From Pseudonocardiales bacterium (lineage in GTDB: Bacteria; Actinomycetota; Actinomycetes; Mycobacteriales; Pseudonocardiaceae), in NCBI GenBank assembly GCA_019240665.1, contig JAFAXZ010000017.1:1-58391 (forward strand): a DNA stretch of 58,391 bases, given 5' to 3'. Each line of letters starts with the position of its first letter. The stretch's first letter is position 1. A program made the translations under genes and the position numbers. Below are positions 36,833 to 47,092 of this stretch, in pieces. The notes under the pieces were generated by a model. The model saw nothing but the letters and a program-made list of their open reading frames with translations, was not told the DNA's origin and ran no database searches.

Positions 36833-36866
36833 TGGCGAGCTGTACCGCTGTTGTACCCGGGGCACC

Positions 36867-37484
36867 CTACGACACCGTTGACGCTGGCCAGGGGCGTGTG
36901 CCTCGGTACAGGCCGCGCTTGGTGATGTACTGCACCACCCCGTCGGGCACCAGGTACCAGATTGGCTGACCGCGCCCGACGCGCTGGCGGCAGTCTGTCG
37001 AGGAGATCGCCATGGCGGGCACCTCAATCAGGCTCACTGCGCGGTCAGGCAGGTGCTCGCCGTCGAGGTGGAAGCCGGGGCGGGTCACCCCGACCAGGTG
37101 GGCCAGAGCGAACAACTCGTCGACCCGCTTCCAGGACAGTATCTGCGCCAGCGCATCGGCGCCGGTGATGAAGAACATCTCGTGGTCAGGGAACTGGGTG
37201 CGCAAGTCAGTGAGGGTGTCAACAGTGAACGTGGGAGCCCGGCGGTCGATGTCCACCCGGCTGGTGGAGAACCGTGGGTTGGACGCGGTGGCGATGACCG
37301 TCATGAGATAGCGGTCTTCGGCTGGGCTGACTTCACGTGCATTCTTCTGCCACGGGATCCCGGTGGGCACGAACACGACCTCATCCAACTCGAAACGGGC
37401 CTGCACCTCGCTGGCGGCAACAAGGTGGCCGTGGTGGATCGGGTCGAAGGTCCCGCCCATGACCCCGAGTCGCCGGCCGGACAT
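36867..37484 (-). CDS. nadD: Nicotinate-nucleotide adenylyltransferase
   Basis: [15 protein letters not shown] and the ISSTDCR motif. Confidence 0.93.
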   Translation of the reverse strand: MSGRRLGVMGGTFDPIHHGHLVAASEVQARFELDEVVFVPTGIPWQKNAREVSPAEDRYLMTVIATASNPRFSTSRVDIDRRAPTFTVDTLTDLRTQFPDHEMFFITGADALAQILSWKRVDELFALAHLVGVTRPGFHLDGEHLPDRAVSLIEVPAMAISSTDCRQRVGRGQPIWYLVPDGVVQYITKRGLYRGTRPWPASTVS

Positions 37485-37579
37485 GGGCGCAGCCTAGGCG
37501 AGCCGTTCGGGAGCAGCCCCGGCGGCGATAAGGCGGCGATAAGCTGGGGCTCCAGCGAGCAACCGGTGGTTGGACAGTC

Positions 37580-39466
37580 GTGGCGAGCAAGAGTCTCAGC
37601 GAGGTCTCAGCGAGGGAACGGGCGCTAGTCGACGCCTTGACGTCCGGCTGCGTAGTCGAGTGCAGCAAACTCAGCACTGAGCAGTTAGGCGCGACGGACA
37701 ACCCTCGGTACACCATCCGTGCCGAGCTCCTGCGGGAGCTGGTGCTAGGACGCAGCGGTGAGCGTCTTGATCCACGGGGGGTGCGTGTCCATGGAGCGCG
37801 GATCATGGGAACGCTTGATCTCACCCATGTCCCGGCCGCAGTGGGGATTGAACTGCGAGGCTGCTTCTTCGAGCGCGCTGTGCTGCTGGCCAGTGCCCAC
37901 TTGCCCTGGTTGACCTTGGCGAGCTCGCATCTGTCGGCGCTGGACTGTGACGGCCTCCACGTTGACGGCGACGTTCTGCTCGGCGACGGATTCACGGCCA
38001 CCGGACAAAGCGACTGCGGTGCAGTGCGGCTGCTCGGCGCCCACGTCAGAGGCCAGCTCAACTTCAACGGCGCGAGGCTGACCAACGAGACCGGGCCCGC
38101 CCTCATCGGCGACGGGCTGCGCGTTGATGGCGACGTATTTGGCGGGGGGTTCATCGCCACCGGATACGGCGAACTCGGCGCGGTGCGACTGCCGGGCGCC
38201 CACATCATCGGGCAACTCAACCTCAACGGCGCCGAGCTGGCCAATCAAGCCGGGCCCGCCCTCATCGGCGATGGGCTTCATGTTGACGGCGGTCTGGTGC
38301 TCGCCGAGGGATTCACCGCCACCGGACACTACGAGCGGGGCGCGGTGCGGTTGCCCGGTGCCCACATCAGCGGCCAACTCAACTTGGATGGCGCGGCGCT
38401 GATCAACCCGGTCGGGCCCGCCCTCATCGGTGACCACCTCGACGTCAACGGTGGCGTGTTCCTCGACGGGTTCACCGCCACCGGATACGGCGAAGACGGC
38501 GTAGTGCGGCTGCCGGACACCCATATCACCGGCCAACTCAACCTCGACCGCGCGGAGCTGACCAACCCCACCGGGCCTGCCTTCATCGGCGACCACCTCC
38601 GGGTCGACAGCGACATGTTCGCCGAGGGATTCACCGCCACCGGACACAGTCAAGACGGCACCGTGCGGCTGGCAGACGCCCACATCAGCGGCCAACTCAA
38701 CCTCAGCCACGCCAAGCTGACCAACCCGGCCGGGCCGGTCCTCGATCTGGAGGACACTGCGACCAAGCACCTATTTCTGCCCGCCCAGGTGATCTGCCCA
38801 CACGATGCGGCCAAGAGGACTAGCTGCACCGCGCCAGCACATCGGCTCGCGCTATCCGGCCTCGCTTACACGTCGCTGCATGCGGTCGACTGGCGTGAGT
38901 GGCTGCACGTGATCATTCACCATACCCGTGACTACCGACCTCAGCCCTACCAGCAACTTGCCGCCGCATTGAGAGCCAGTGGCCACGAATCCACCGCGCG
39001 GGAAGTCCTCATCGCCCAACAGCAGGACCTTTACCACCGCGGTGATCTCGGTGGCCCGCTGATCAAGAGTGCGCACTGGCTCTGGGGAACACTCGCCGGA
39101 TACGGCTACCGCAGCAGCCGCGCTGTCCTCGTCCTCGTGCTGGTGCTCATGATTGCGGCAGGGCTGGGTGTTGCCGCCGGGCACATCCCCATCGGCCCGG
39201 GCCACTACGTCACCGCGCACACCAGTCAAACCCCCGATCCCAACTCGCCGTGCTCTCTGGTCGAGCAGATCGGGGTAGGTATCGACCGCAGCGTGCCGCT
39301 GGCTCCAGCGGGCATCAACAACCGCTGCGATTTCGACACGTCCAGCCCGCTTGGCCAAGCGTTCACCGCATCCACCTGGATACTCCAAGCCCTGGTTTGG
39401 ACGCTGGCCGCGCTCGCCATCGCCGGTTACCTCGGTCTCATCCGTAAGACCAGTGCGCCGGGATGA
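37580..39466 (+). CDS. Repeat-rich (beta-helix-like) protein with a C-terminal membrane domain. The family is often annotated as membrane-associated oxidoreductase or pentapeptide-like; its function is unknown.
   Basis: About 5.5 tandem 53-54-aa units (GAVRLPGAHIxGQLNLxGAxLxNxxGPALIGDxLxVDGxxF..GFTATG). C-terminal TM helices. Its 3' end overlaps the proA end by 29 nt. Confidence 0.75.
   Translation: MASKSLSEVSARERALVDALTSGCVVECSKLSTEQLGATDNPRYTIRAELLRELVLGRSGERLDPRGVRVHGARIMGTLDLTHVPAAVGIELRGCFFERAVLLASAHLPWLTLASSHLSALDCDGLHVDGDVLLGDGFTATGQSDCGAVRLLGAHVRGQLNFNGARLTNETGPALIGDGLRVDGDVFGGGFIATGYGELGAVRLPGAHIIGQLNLNGAELANQAGPALIGDGLHVDGGLVLAEGFTATGHYERGAVRLPGAHISGQLNLDGAALINPVGPALIGDHLDVNGGVFLDGFTATGYGEDGVVRLPDTHITGQLNLDRAELTNPTGPAFIGDHLRVDSDMFAEGFTATGHSQDGTVRLADAHISGQLNLSHAKLTNPAGPVLDLEDTATKHLFLPAQVICPHDAAKRTSCTAPAHRLALSGLAYTSLHAVDWREWLHVIIHHTRDYRPQPYQQLAAALRASGHESTAREVLIAQQQDLYHRGDLGGPLIKSAHWLWGTLAGYGYRSSRAVLVLVLVLMIAAGLGVAAGHIPIGPGHYVTAHTSQTPDPNSPCSLVEQIGVGIDRSVPLAPAGINNRCDFDTSSPLGQAFTASTWILQALVWTLAALAIAGYLGLIRKTSAPG
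37940..38760. repeat. DNA-level tandem array of units about 159-162 bp long, encoding the protein repeats
   Basis: The periodicity is read from the translation. Unit boundaries are approximate. Confidence 0.7.
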
Positions 39467-40727
39467 CCACGAACTGCCGCAAGTACAGGTCAGCGAAGGT
39501 GACCGGCCCGCGCGGCCCGGGCACCCGGTCGACGTTGATCCCGGTCTCGGGGACCCGCCGTAACTTGAACCCGTCAAGCAGCCGGGTGCTGGCGTTCCAG
39601 AACACTCCGGTGCCAGCGTAGCCGTCCAGGAACTCCCGGGCGGCGGCCTCGTCATTGGTGACGATCGTGGCGGCCAGTCCGGAGGTTTCCTGGTTTGCGA
39701 CGTGGGCAGCGTGCCCCGGACCGACCACCCGGCTCACGGTCAGCGTTGCCTCTCGGCCGGTGTCCAACGCCCACTCGTGCCCAAGCGGGTGGTTGTGCGG
39801 CGGCAGGGACAGCGTGATCCCGCGCTGGCGGGCCGCCTCGAGCAGCGCATCGTGCACCCGGTCCGGGACGCGCTCGGCCACCAGCAGGAGGTTGACCCGG
39901 TTACAGACACCCAGCCGGTCCAACCCGGCCACGAGCAGCTCGACGGCCAGCACGGGGTCAGCCTCGGCGTCGACGTACAGCACACCGCCGCCGGCGGCGT
40001 GGGCCAACACCCGTACCCCATGACGGGCGCCCTCGGCGGCCAGTATCCGGGTGGTTTCTCCGCTGCCCCGCACAATGACCAGCGGAATCAGCTCGGGTTG
40101 CTGCACGAGTGCGACGGCGCTGTCCCGGCGTGGGTCGGGCACCAGCTGCACCGCACCGGGGTCCAGTCCGGCGTCGGTCAGCGCCGGCGCGATGACCTGC
40201 TCGCGCAGCGCCAGCGCGGAACGCAGGGCCGCTGACCCCGTTCGCAACACCCCGGCGTTGCGGGACTTCACCAGCTGCGAGGCGACATCGACGGTGACGT
40301 TGGGGCGGGCCTCGAAGGTGGCGCCCACCACGCCAACCGGGCGGCGACGCTCAATCAGCCGCAAGCCGTCCGGACGATCTTCCAACACCCGGTCCCGTGG
40401 CGGGAAGGGGATCTGGGCGAGCAGAGCGAGCTGACCGGCCATCTCGATCAGCCGCGCCTCGCCCAGGCGCAGGCGGTCGATCAGCGCCTGGGTCATCCCG
40501 GACTGCTCGGCGGCGGCGATGTCGGCGGAATTCGCGGCAAGCAGTTGCGCGGCGGAAACGGTCAGCCGCCGTGCCATGGCGTCCAACGCCGCGTCGATGA
40601 CCTCGTCGGACGCGGAAGCCAGCGTGGGAGCGGCGCGCTGCGCCCGCCGCGCGCAATCAGCGACGATCCCCGCCCCAGACACGGACTCAGGCTCGGTGGG
40701 CACCTCGGAATCCGTTGGCAGCTGCAC
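39438..40727 (-). CDS. proA: Glutamate-5-semialdehyde dehydrogenase
   Basis: Aldehyde-dehydrogenase-type ProA sequence, in the conserved position after proB. The start is uncertain (GTG at 40727 or 40703). Confidence 0.88.
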   Translation of the reverse strand: MQLPTDSEVPTEPESVSGAGIVADCARRAQRAAPTLASASDEVIDAALDAMARRLTVSAAQLLAANSADIAAAEQSGMTQALIDRLRLGEARLIEMAGQLALLAQIPFPPRDRVLEDRPDGLRLIERRRPVGVVGATFEARPNVTVDVASQLVKSRNAGVLRTGSAALRSALALREQVIAPALTDAGLDPGAVQLVPDPRRDSAVALVQQPELIPLVIVRGSGETTRILAAEGARHGVRVLAHAAGGGVLYVDAEADPVLAVELLVAGLDRLGVCNRVNLLLVAERVPDRVHDALLEAARQRGITLSLPPHNHPLGHEWALDTGREATLTVSRVVGPGHAAHVANQETSGLAATIVTNDEAAAREFLDGYAGTGVFWNASTRLLDGFKLRRVPETGINVDRVPGPRGPVTFADLYLRQFVVIPAHWSYG

Positions 40728-40797
40728 GATTCCGAGCCTACTTGTCCGCGTGTCGCGGGCTCGTGAGTGGCATTGATGCTGGAACACTGTTACACAC

Positions 40798-41913
40798 TCA
40801 GGAGCAAGCGGGCTGCACGGGCACCAGGTCGTCGGCGTGCACCACTTCGCGGCGCAGCTCAGCAGGCAGGTCATGGGTGGAACGGCCGATCAACTCGGGT
40901 AGCTCGGCCGCGTCGAACCCGACCATCCCGCGAGCGACTACGATGCCCTGCCCGTCGACCAGCTCCACCACGTCGCCGGCCTCGAAGTCACCCTCGACGC
41001 CGGTGATGCCAGCCGCAAGCAGCGAACGCCGACGGTGCACCACCGCGCGGACCGCCCCGTCGTCGAGCCATACTCGGCCGGCTGCACCCGCGGCGTGGCG
41101 CAGCCAGAACCGGCGAGCCGATAACCGCGTTCCGGTCGGCGCGAAAGCAGTGCCGACGTCGGCCGAACCCAAGGCTCGTCCGATTTGCGTCGCAGCGGCC
41201 AGCAGCACCGGCACCCCGGCTTGGGAGGCCACCGTGGCGGCCTCGAGCTTGGAGGCCATCCCCCCGGTACCCAATGCACCGCCGTGACCGGCCCGCACAC
41301 CGCGCGTGTCGGCCGGCCCCTTCACCTCCGGGACCAGCCGAGCCGCACCGAGCCGAGGATCACTGTCGTAGAGCCCCCCCACGTCGGAGAGCAACACCAA
41401 CGCGTCGGCACCCACCAAGTGCGCGACCAGGGCAGCGAGCCGGTCATTGTCACCGAACCGAATTTCGTCGGTGACCACGGTGTCATTCTCGTTGACCACC
41501 GGCACCACGCCGAGGCCACGAAGCCGAGCGAACGTGCGCTGCGCGTTGCGGTAGTGCGCGCGGCGGACCATATCATCGGAGGTCAGCAGCACCTGCCCGA
41601 TGGTGCGGCCATGTCGGGCCCAGGATTGCGTGTAAGCGTACCCGAGCGCCAGCTGCCCGACGCTGGCCGCAGCCTGTTGGGTGGCCAGATCGCGGGGCCG
41701 GCGGCGCAGCCCCAGCGGCGCCAATCCGGCGGCGATGGCGCCCGAGGACACCAGGACCAGCTGGGTTCCGGTCGCGACGCGGGCAGCGAGTGCGTCAACC
41801 AGGGTGTCCAACCTGACCCGGTCCAGCCCGCCGGCAGCCGTGGTGAGCGAGGACGAGCCGATCTTAACCACCAGGTGCCGGGCCTGCGCCACGGCCTGCC
41901 GGGTCGGGCTCAC
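40798..41913 (-). CDS. proB: Glutamate 5-kinase
   Basis: [22 protein letters not shown] and a C-terminal PUA domain. Confidence 0.93.
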   Translation of the reverse strand: MSPTRQAVAQARHLVVKIGSSSLTTAAGGLDRVRLDTLVDALAARVATGTQLVLVSSGAIAAGLAPLGLRRRPRDLATQQAAASVGQLALGYAYTQSWARHGRTIGQVLLTSDDMVRRAHYRNAQRTFARLRGLGVVPVVNENDTVVTDEIRFGDNDRLAALVAHLVGADALVLLSDVGGLYDSDPRLGAARLVPEVKGPADTRGVRAGHGGALGTGGMASKLEAATVASQAGVPVLLAAATQIGRALGSADVGTAFAPTGTRLSARRFWLRHAAGAAGRVWLDDGAVRAVVHRRRSLLAAGITGVEGDFEAGDVVELVDGQGIVVARGMVGFDAAELPELIGRSTHDLPAELRREVVHADDLVPVQPACS

Positions 41914-41915
41914 TC

Positions 41916-43361
41916 CTACTCGACCTCACTGTCGGCGGCGCTCTCGCGTCTCGCGTGGCGGGCGGCTTTGCGCTGGGCCGCGCTGGCGCGCTGGTCGCTG
42001 TCCAACCGCCAGTCTGTCCCGCGCACGCCGAGGCGAACCCCGGCTGCCCCGGCCGGCGTGGAGGGTTCCCAGTCGAAGGTGACGTGACCGATGGTAACCG
42101 GGCACCCAGCCTGGGCACCCGCAGCGGCCAGGGCATCCTCGACGCCGAGCCGGGCCAGCCGGTCAGCGAGGTAGCCGATGGCCTCGGCGTTGTCGAAGTT
42201 CGTCTGCCGCACCCACCGCTCCGGGCGTCCGCCGCGGACGATGAACCCCCCGGACCGATCGGGATCAGCCGTGACGCCGAAACCGGACTCGTCGACCGCC
42301 GTGGGGCGCAGCACCACCCGAGTCGGTTCGGCTGGGGGTAGCGACCCGCGATGCTGGCGCACGGCTGTGCCGAGCGCAAAGCGCAGTTTCCGCAGACCCT
42401 CAGTGGTCACCGTAGACACGCAATGCACCGGTAGTCCGCGGGTTGCGAGCTCGGGTCGCACTATGTCAGCCAGCGCCCGGGCATCCGGGACGTCAATCTT
42501 GTTGAGCACCACCAACCGGGGACGAGAAGCCAATTTACCGCCCAGCGACGGCGTGTAGGCGGCGAGCTCGCGTTCCAGAGCATCCACATCAGACAGGGGG
42601 TCGCGGCCAGGCGCAACAGTCGCGCAGTCCACGACATGTACCAGCACGGCGCACCGTTCGATGTGCCGTAGGAATTCCAGCCCGAGTCCCTTGCCCTGGC
42701 TGGCACCGGGGATCAGGCCAGGGACGTCGGCCACGGTGAACACCGTCTCGCCTGCGGTGACCACACCAAGGTTGGGTACCAGGGTGGTGAACGGATAATC
42801 GGCGATCTTGGGACGGGCCGCTGAGAGCACCGACACCAAGGAGGATTTGCCCGCTGAGGGGAACCCGACGAGCCCGACATCGGCCATCGACTTCAGTTCC
42901 AGTACCAGATCCCGGGTTTCGCCTGGCTCACCGAGCAAGGCGAAGCCCGGCACCTTACGAGTTCTGGAGGCCAGTGCTGCATTACCCAGTCCGCCGTGCC
43001 CACCCGCCGCGGCGACAAACCGGGTTCCACCGCCCACCAAGTCAGCCAGTACCTCGCCGTCGGGAGTGAGCACCACGGTACCTTCCGGCACCCGCAACTC
43101 GAGGTCCTCACCCATGGCGCCGTTGCGGTTGCCACCCTGCCCCGGCTTGCCGCTCGAGGCCCTCGCCTGGGAGCGGTAGTGGAAGTCGAGCAGGGTGTGC
43201 ACTCCGAGGTCCACCACCAGCACCACATCCCCACCGCGCCCCCCGTTGCCCCCGTCGGGGCCTCCCAGCGGCGTGAACTTCTCCCGGTGCACCGAAGCGC
43301 AGCCATGGCCGCCATCACCTGCGGCGACGTGAATCACTACCCGATCCACGAAGCGGGACAC
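41916..43361 (-). CDS. obg: GTPase Obg/CgtA
   Basis: [18 protein letters not shown], the glycine-rich Obg fold, and GFPSAGKSS. Confidence 0.95.
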   Translation of the reverse strand: MSRFVDRVVIHVAAGDGGHGCASVHREKFTPLGGPDGGNGGRGGDVVLVVDLGVHTLLDFHYRSQARASSGKPGQGGNRNGAMGEDLELRVPEGTVVLTPDGEVLADLVGGGTRFVAAAGGHGGLGNAALASRTRKVPGFALLGEPGETRDLVLELKSMADVGLVGFPSAGKSSLVSVLSAARPKIADYPFTTLVPNLGVVTAGETVFTVADVPGLIPGASQGKGLGLEFLRHIERCAVLVHVVDCATVAPGRDPLSDVDALERELAAYTPSLGGKLASRPRLVVLNKIDVPDARALADIVRPELATRGLPVHCVSTVTTEGLRKLRFALGTAVRQHRGSLPPAEPTRVVLRPTAVDESGFGVTADPDRSGGFIVRGGRPERWVRQTNFDNAEAIGYLADRLARLGVEDALAAAGAQAGCPVTIGHVTFDWEPSTPAGAAGVRLGVRGTDWRLDSDQRASAAQRKAARHARRESAADSEVE

Positions 43362-43482
43362 CTTGTTCTCCTCAATTCGGTGTCACCCGGTACCGCAACA
43401 AGTGAGACAACCTCGACGAGGGACGGGTCGGTCACCGCCGCTCCCGCTCGCTCCTCGTCGAGGTGCGTTGGAGGGGCCGGGT

Positions 43483-43740
43483 TCAGCCCTTGACTGGGAC
43501 GATGTTGACGGTTTTGCGCCCCCGCCTGGTGCTGAACTGCACCGAGCCCGCCTCAAGGGCGAAGAGGGTGTCGTCACGGCCGCGGCCGACGTGCACGCCC
43601 GGATGGAACTTGGTGCCGCGCTGGCGGATGAGAATCTCCCCTGCGTTGACCACCTGGCCACCGAACCGCTTCACCCCAAGCCGTTGAGCGTTGGAATCGC
43701 GGCCATTCCGGGAACTGGACGCGCCTTTCTTGTGTGCCAT
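43483..43740 (-). CDS. rpmA: 50S ribosomal protein L27
   Basis: [24 protein letters not shown]. Confidence 0.97.
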   Translation of the reverse strand: MAHKKGASSSRNGRDSNAQRLGVKRFGGQVVNAGEILIRQRGTKFHPGVHVGRGRDDTLFALEAGSVQFSTRRGRKTVNIVPVKG

Positions 43741-43792
43741 CAGTGCTCACACCCTCGTCAGGAGTTTCTCAAGGCCAACTGGGTTCTCAAGG

Positions 43793-44101
43793 TCACTGGT
43801 AGATGCCGGTGACTTCGACGCGGGTCAGCTGCTGCCGGTGACCCTGGCGCTTGTGGTAACCAGTCTTGTTCTTGAACTTGTGGATCCGGATCTTGGGGCC
43901 CCTGACTTGCGCAATGACCTTCCCGCGGACTGAGGCGGCGCTCAGGGTAGCCGCGTCGGTGGTCACAGTGGAGCCGTCCACGAGCAGCACGGCGGGCAAG
44001 CTGACCTCGGTCCCGGGATCGCCATCAAGCTTTTCCACCTCGACGACGTCTCCGACGGCCACTTTGTGCTGCTTGCCACCGGTCTTCACAATCGCGTACA
44101 T
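43793..44101 (-). CDS. rplU: 50S ribosomal protein L21
   Basis: [18 protein letters not shown]. The internal ATG at 44101 is preferred over the ORF-track start. Confidence 0.95.
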   Translation of the reverse strand: MYAIVKTGGKQHKVAVGDVVEVEKLDGDPGTEVSLPAVLLVDGSTVTTDAATLSAASVRGKVIAQVRGPKIRIHKFKNKTGYHKRQGHRQQLTRVEVTGIYQ

Positions 44102-44282
44102 CGGGTGGTACTCCTGGCTGTTCGGATGGCTCGGACTGGCTGGGACTCGGACTCTCTGGGACTCGGACTGACTGGGGCTTGCTTGCATCGCCTGATGCTG
44201 CATCACGCGCGCCGTGGACAAGCCTAGGCCCGCCGAACTGGCGGGCCGCACTCAGAAGGGTACGGTCCGCCGTCCGCCCCGG

Positions 44283-46961
44283 TCAAACCGGAGTGCTCAT
44301 CTCATGTGCGGTACCGCGAAGGACTGGAGCTGCCGAGTCGACGCCTTCTGGCAGCTCTGTGGCGGGCGGTCCGGCGGGCCGCGAGGCGGCCCGCCGACGC
44401 CGCGTCAGAGTACGCGTTGGGGGCTGCGCAGGCACGCTCGGTGCGTCGTCGGTAGGCGGTGACACCTGTTGTTCCGCGGAGACGGATTCAGCCGGTGCAG
44501 CACCGTCCGGCGCCGACGTGGACTGCGGGCCATCCGCCGGTGCCGGCAGCGGCGCAACCCCTTCCGCGGTCAGTCCCTGCGCGATCGTCTGCTCCGATGC
44601 CGCGGGGGCGCCTTGCGACCCACGTCCGCGGGGTTTGGAACGACGGCCATTCACATTACCGGAGTCCCTGGGCACCGATAGCGTCTCAGACGACGCCTCA
44701 GACAACACCGGCGCCGCCTGGCTTCGGACGTTCACCGGTTCCGCAGACACCACCACGCCGCGACCCCTGCAGTACTCGCAGGTGCTGGAATACGCCTCCA
44801 GCAGGCCGGTGCCGACCCTCTTCCGAGTCATTTGGACCAGACCCAGTGAGGTGACCTCGGCGACCTGGTGCCGGGTGCGGTCCCGGCCCAGGCATTCGGT
44901 CAACCGGCGTAGTACCAGGTCCCGGTTCGACTCGAGCACCATGTCGATGAAGTCAATGACGATGATCCCACCGATGTCCCGCAGCCGGAGTTGCCGGATG
45001 ATCTCCTCGGCAGCTTCGAGGTTGTTGCGGGTGACCGTCTCCTCGAGGTTGCCGCCCGACCCGGTGAACTTGCCGGTATTGACGTCGATCACGGTCATCG
45101 CCTCGGTACGGTCAATAATCAGGTATCCACCGGAGGGCAGCCACACCTTGCGGTCCAGCGCCTTGGTGATCTGCTCGTCGATCCGGAACTCGGCGAACAC
45201 GTCGTCCACACCAACGTACCTGCGCACCCTGGACATCAGCTCGGGAGCAACGTGCTTGACGTAACCCTCGACGGTGTCCCACGCCCTGTCGCCCTGGACA
45301 ACCAGCTCGCGAAAGTCCTCGGTGAACAGGTCCCGCACCACCTTCACCAGCAGATCGGGCTCCTCATAAAGCAGCTCTGGCGCGGTGACCTTGCCCCCGG
45401 AACTGTTCGTGGCGGCACCGGAGCGGTTCTGGATGACCTCCCACTGAGCCTGCAACCGGCCAACGTCACGGGCTAGTTCCTCTTCGCTGACTCCTTCGGA
45501 GGCGGTCCGGATGATCACGCCGGCATCCTCGGGAACGATCCACTTGAGCACCTCCTTGAGGCGCTTGCGCTCGGTGTCTGGCAGCTTGCGGCTGATCCCG
45601 GTGGCCCGCCCACCCGGCACGTACACCAGGAACCGGCCGGGCAGGCTGACCTGGGTAGTCAACCGGGCGCCCTTGTGACCGACTGGGTCCTTCGTGACCT
45701 GCACGAGAACGCTGTCGCCACTGGAGAGGGCCTGCTCGATGCGGCGCGCCTTGCCTTCGAGCCCAGCGGCGTCCCAGTCCACCTCGCCGGCATAGAGCAC
45801 CGCGTTGCGGCCCCGGCCGATGTCCACAAATGCGGCCTCCATCGAGGGCAGCACATTCTGCACCTTGCCGAGATAGACGTTGCCGACCAGCGACCCAGAG
45901 CCCGACGTGGTGACAAAGTGCTCCACCAGGATGTCGTCCTCGAGCACCCCGATCTGGGTGCGCTCGGGACGCTCACGCACAACCATGGTGCGCTCGACGG
46001 CCTCGCGCCGGGCAAGGAACTCCGATTCAGACAGGATCGCCACCCGCCTCCTGCCAGCCTCCCGGCCGTCGCGTCGGCGCTGCCGCTTGGCCTCCAGGCG
46101 GGTCGAACCGCGGATGGACTGCACCTCGTCCTCAACCAGCGGGTGGCCCTTGCTCTCCCGGACATGCACGACGGTGTCTGGTGGGTCGTCCTCGCCAAGG
46201 ACAGCGTCATCGTCGCTGCCGTCCCGGCGGCGTCTACGGCGGCGGCGCCTAGCCACGCTCCCGTTGGGCTCCTCAGTCGCACGATCGTCGGTCGCGCGAT
46301 CCTCGGTCGACTCGTCCGAGGAGTCACTCTCGTCCTGTTCGCTGTGTACGCCGCTGTCGCCCGGCACGATCGAGCCGTCCTCGGCGTCCCCGCCTGCTTT
46401 ACCGCGGCCACGGCCACGGCGGCCCCGCCGGCGGCGGCGCCGGGTAGTGCCGTCGATCTCCGCCTCGTCGGCACTCGGCTCGTCCTCGCCCACCTCATCC
46501 CTGTGGTCCCCGACGTTGGACTCATCAGCTGCCGTCGGTTGCGGGGCTGGTGGGAGGAACACCGGTGCCGGCGAATTCAACACCAGTGGCCGTGCCGGCG
46601 AGTCCAACACCGGAGGCCGTGCCGGCGAATTCAACACCGGCACCAGGGGTGTCTCCGGCACGCTCTGCTGCGCCACCTCGTCGATCTCCGTGAGGTCCGG
46701 CTCGGGATCCGGCAGTAGCACCTGCAGTGCCCTCAACGCCGTCTCGCGATCGATGCTGGACTGCGCGCCGCGTACTGCGATGCCGAGCTCCGCCAGCGCG
46801 CCCATGACCTCCTTGCTGCTCACCGAGAGAAGCTTGGCCAAGGCATGCACGCGCAATCTGCTCGGCAGCGAGAACGCAAGATCAGCACCGTCGGACGTGG
46901 TGGTCGCGGATGCGTCCATCCGCCCGCCGGTGCGTCCGGCGGGCGTTGTCGTGTTCGCCAT
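44283..46961 (-). CDS. rne: Ribonuclease E/G with Arg/Asp-rich disordered N- and C-terminal extensions
   Basis: S1 domain and catalytic core (VGNVYLGKVQNVLPSMEAAFVDIG, IIVIDFIDM), in the conserved position upstream of rplU. Confidence 0.93.
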   Translation of the reverse strand: MANTTTPAGRTGGRMDASATTTSDGADLAFSLPSRLRVHALAKLLSVSSKEVMGALAELGIAVRGAQSSIDRETALRALQVLLPDPEPDLTEIDEVAQQSVPETPLVPVLNSPARPPVLDSPARPLVLNSPAPVFLPPAPQPTAADESNVGDHRDEVGEDEPSADEAEIDGTTRRRRRRGRRGRGRGKAGGDAEDGSIVPGDSGVHSEQDESDSSDESTEDRATDDRATEEPNGSVARRRRRRRRRDGSDDDAVLGEDDPPDTVVHVRESKGHPLVEDEVQSIRGSTRLEAKRQRRRDGREAGRRRVAILSESEFLARREAVERTMVVRERPERTQIGVLEDDILVEHFVTTSGSGSLVGNVYLGKVQNVLPSMEAAFVDIGRGRNAVLYAGEVDWDAAGLEGKARRIEQALSSGDSVLVQVTKDPVGHKGARLTTQVSLPGRFLVYVPGGRATGISRKLPDTERKRLKEVLKWIVPEDAGVIIRTASEGVSEEELARDVGRLQAQWEVIQNRSGAATNSSGGKVTAPELLYEEPDLLVKVVRDLFTEDFRELVVQGDRAWDTVEGYVKHVAPELMSRVRRYVGVDDVFAEFRIDEQITKALDRKVWLPSGGYLIIDRTEAMTVIDVNTGKFTGSGGNLEETVTRNNLEAAEEIIRQLRLRDIGGIIVIDFIDMVLESNRDLVLRRLTECLGRDRTRHQVAEVTSLGLVQMTRKRVGTGLLEAYSSTCEYCRGRGVVVSAEPVNVRSQAAPVLSEASSETLSVPRDSGNVNGRRSKPRGRGSQGAPAASEQTIAQGLTAEGVAPLPAPADGPQSTSAPDGAAPAESVSAEQQVSPPTDDAPSVPAQPPTRTLTRRRRAASRPAGPPATELPEGVDSAAPVLRGTAHEMSTPV
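46561..46641. repeat. 27-bp in-frame tandem repeat (about 3 copies) in the rne 5' region
   Basis: It encodes VLNSPARPP / VLDSPARPL / VLNSPAP on the minus strand. Confidence 0.8.
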
Positions 46962-47092
46962 TCAACTCCTCCAGCCCCCGGGCGCGTCCCACATGTCCGA
47001 ACGCGGCCGCGCAGAGACTCTGTGCGTCATCCGCCGCCGAGTCCGGCGGCGGCAATCCTGCCTGGCACCGGCAGCTCCGCAGTCCGCAGCGG

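Larger units (their letters stand above)
32252..36866. mobile_element. Decayed integrative element inserted between rsfS and nadD
   Basis: nadD and rsfS are normally adjacent. The insert carries lower-GC cargo, a truncated NTPase gene, an IS fragment, a PadR pseudogene and a deleted tyrosine-recombinase gene abutting nadD. Confidence 0.55.

Noticed and set aside
37745-38770. 341-aa ORF antisense to the repeat protein
   Set aside because: It only mirrors the periodicity of the plus-strand repeats. The plus-strand product has a coherent N-terminal region and a C-terminal membrane domain.
46561-46641. 27-bp periodic repeat in rne as a regulatory or mobile repeat
   Set aside because: It is in frame and encodes a 9-aa repeat (VLNSPARPP-like) within the disordered N-terminal extension of RNase E. 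Ordinary low-complexity coding expansion explains it.
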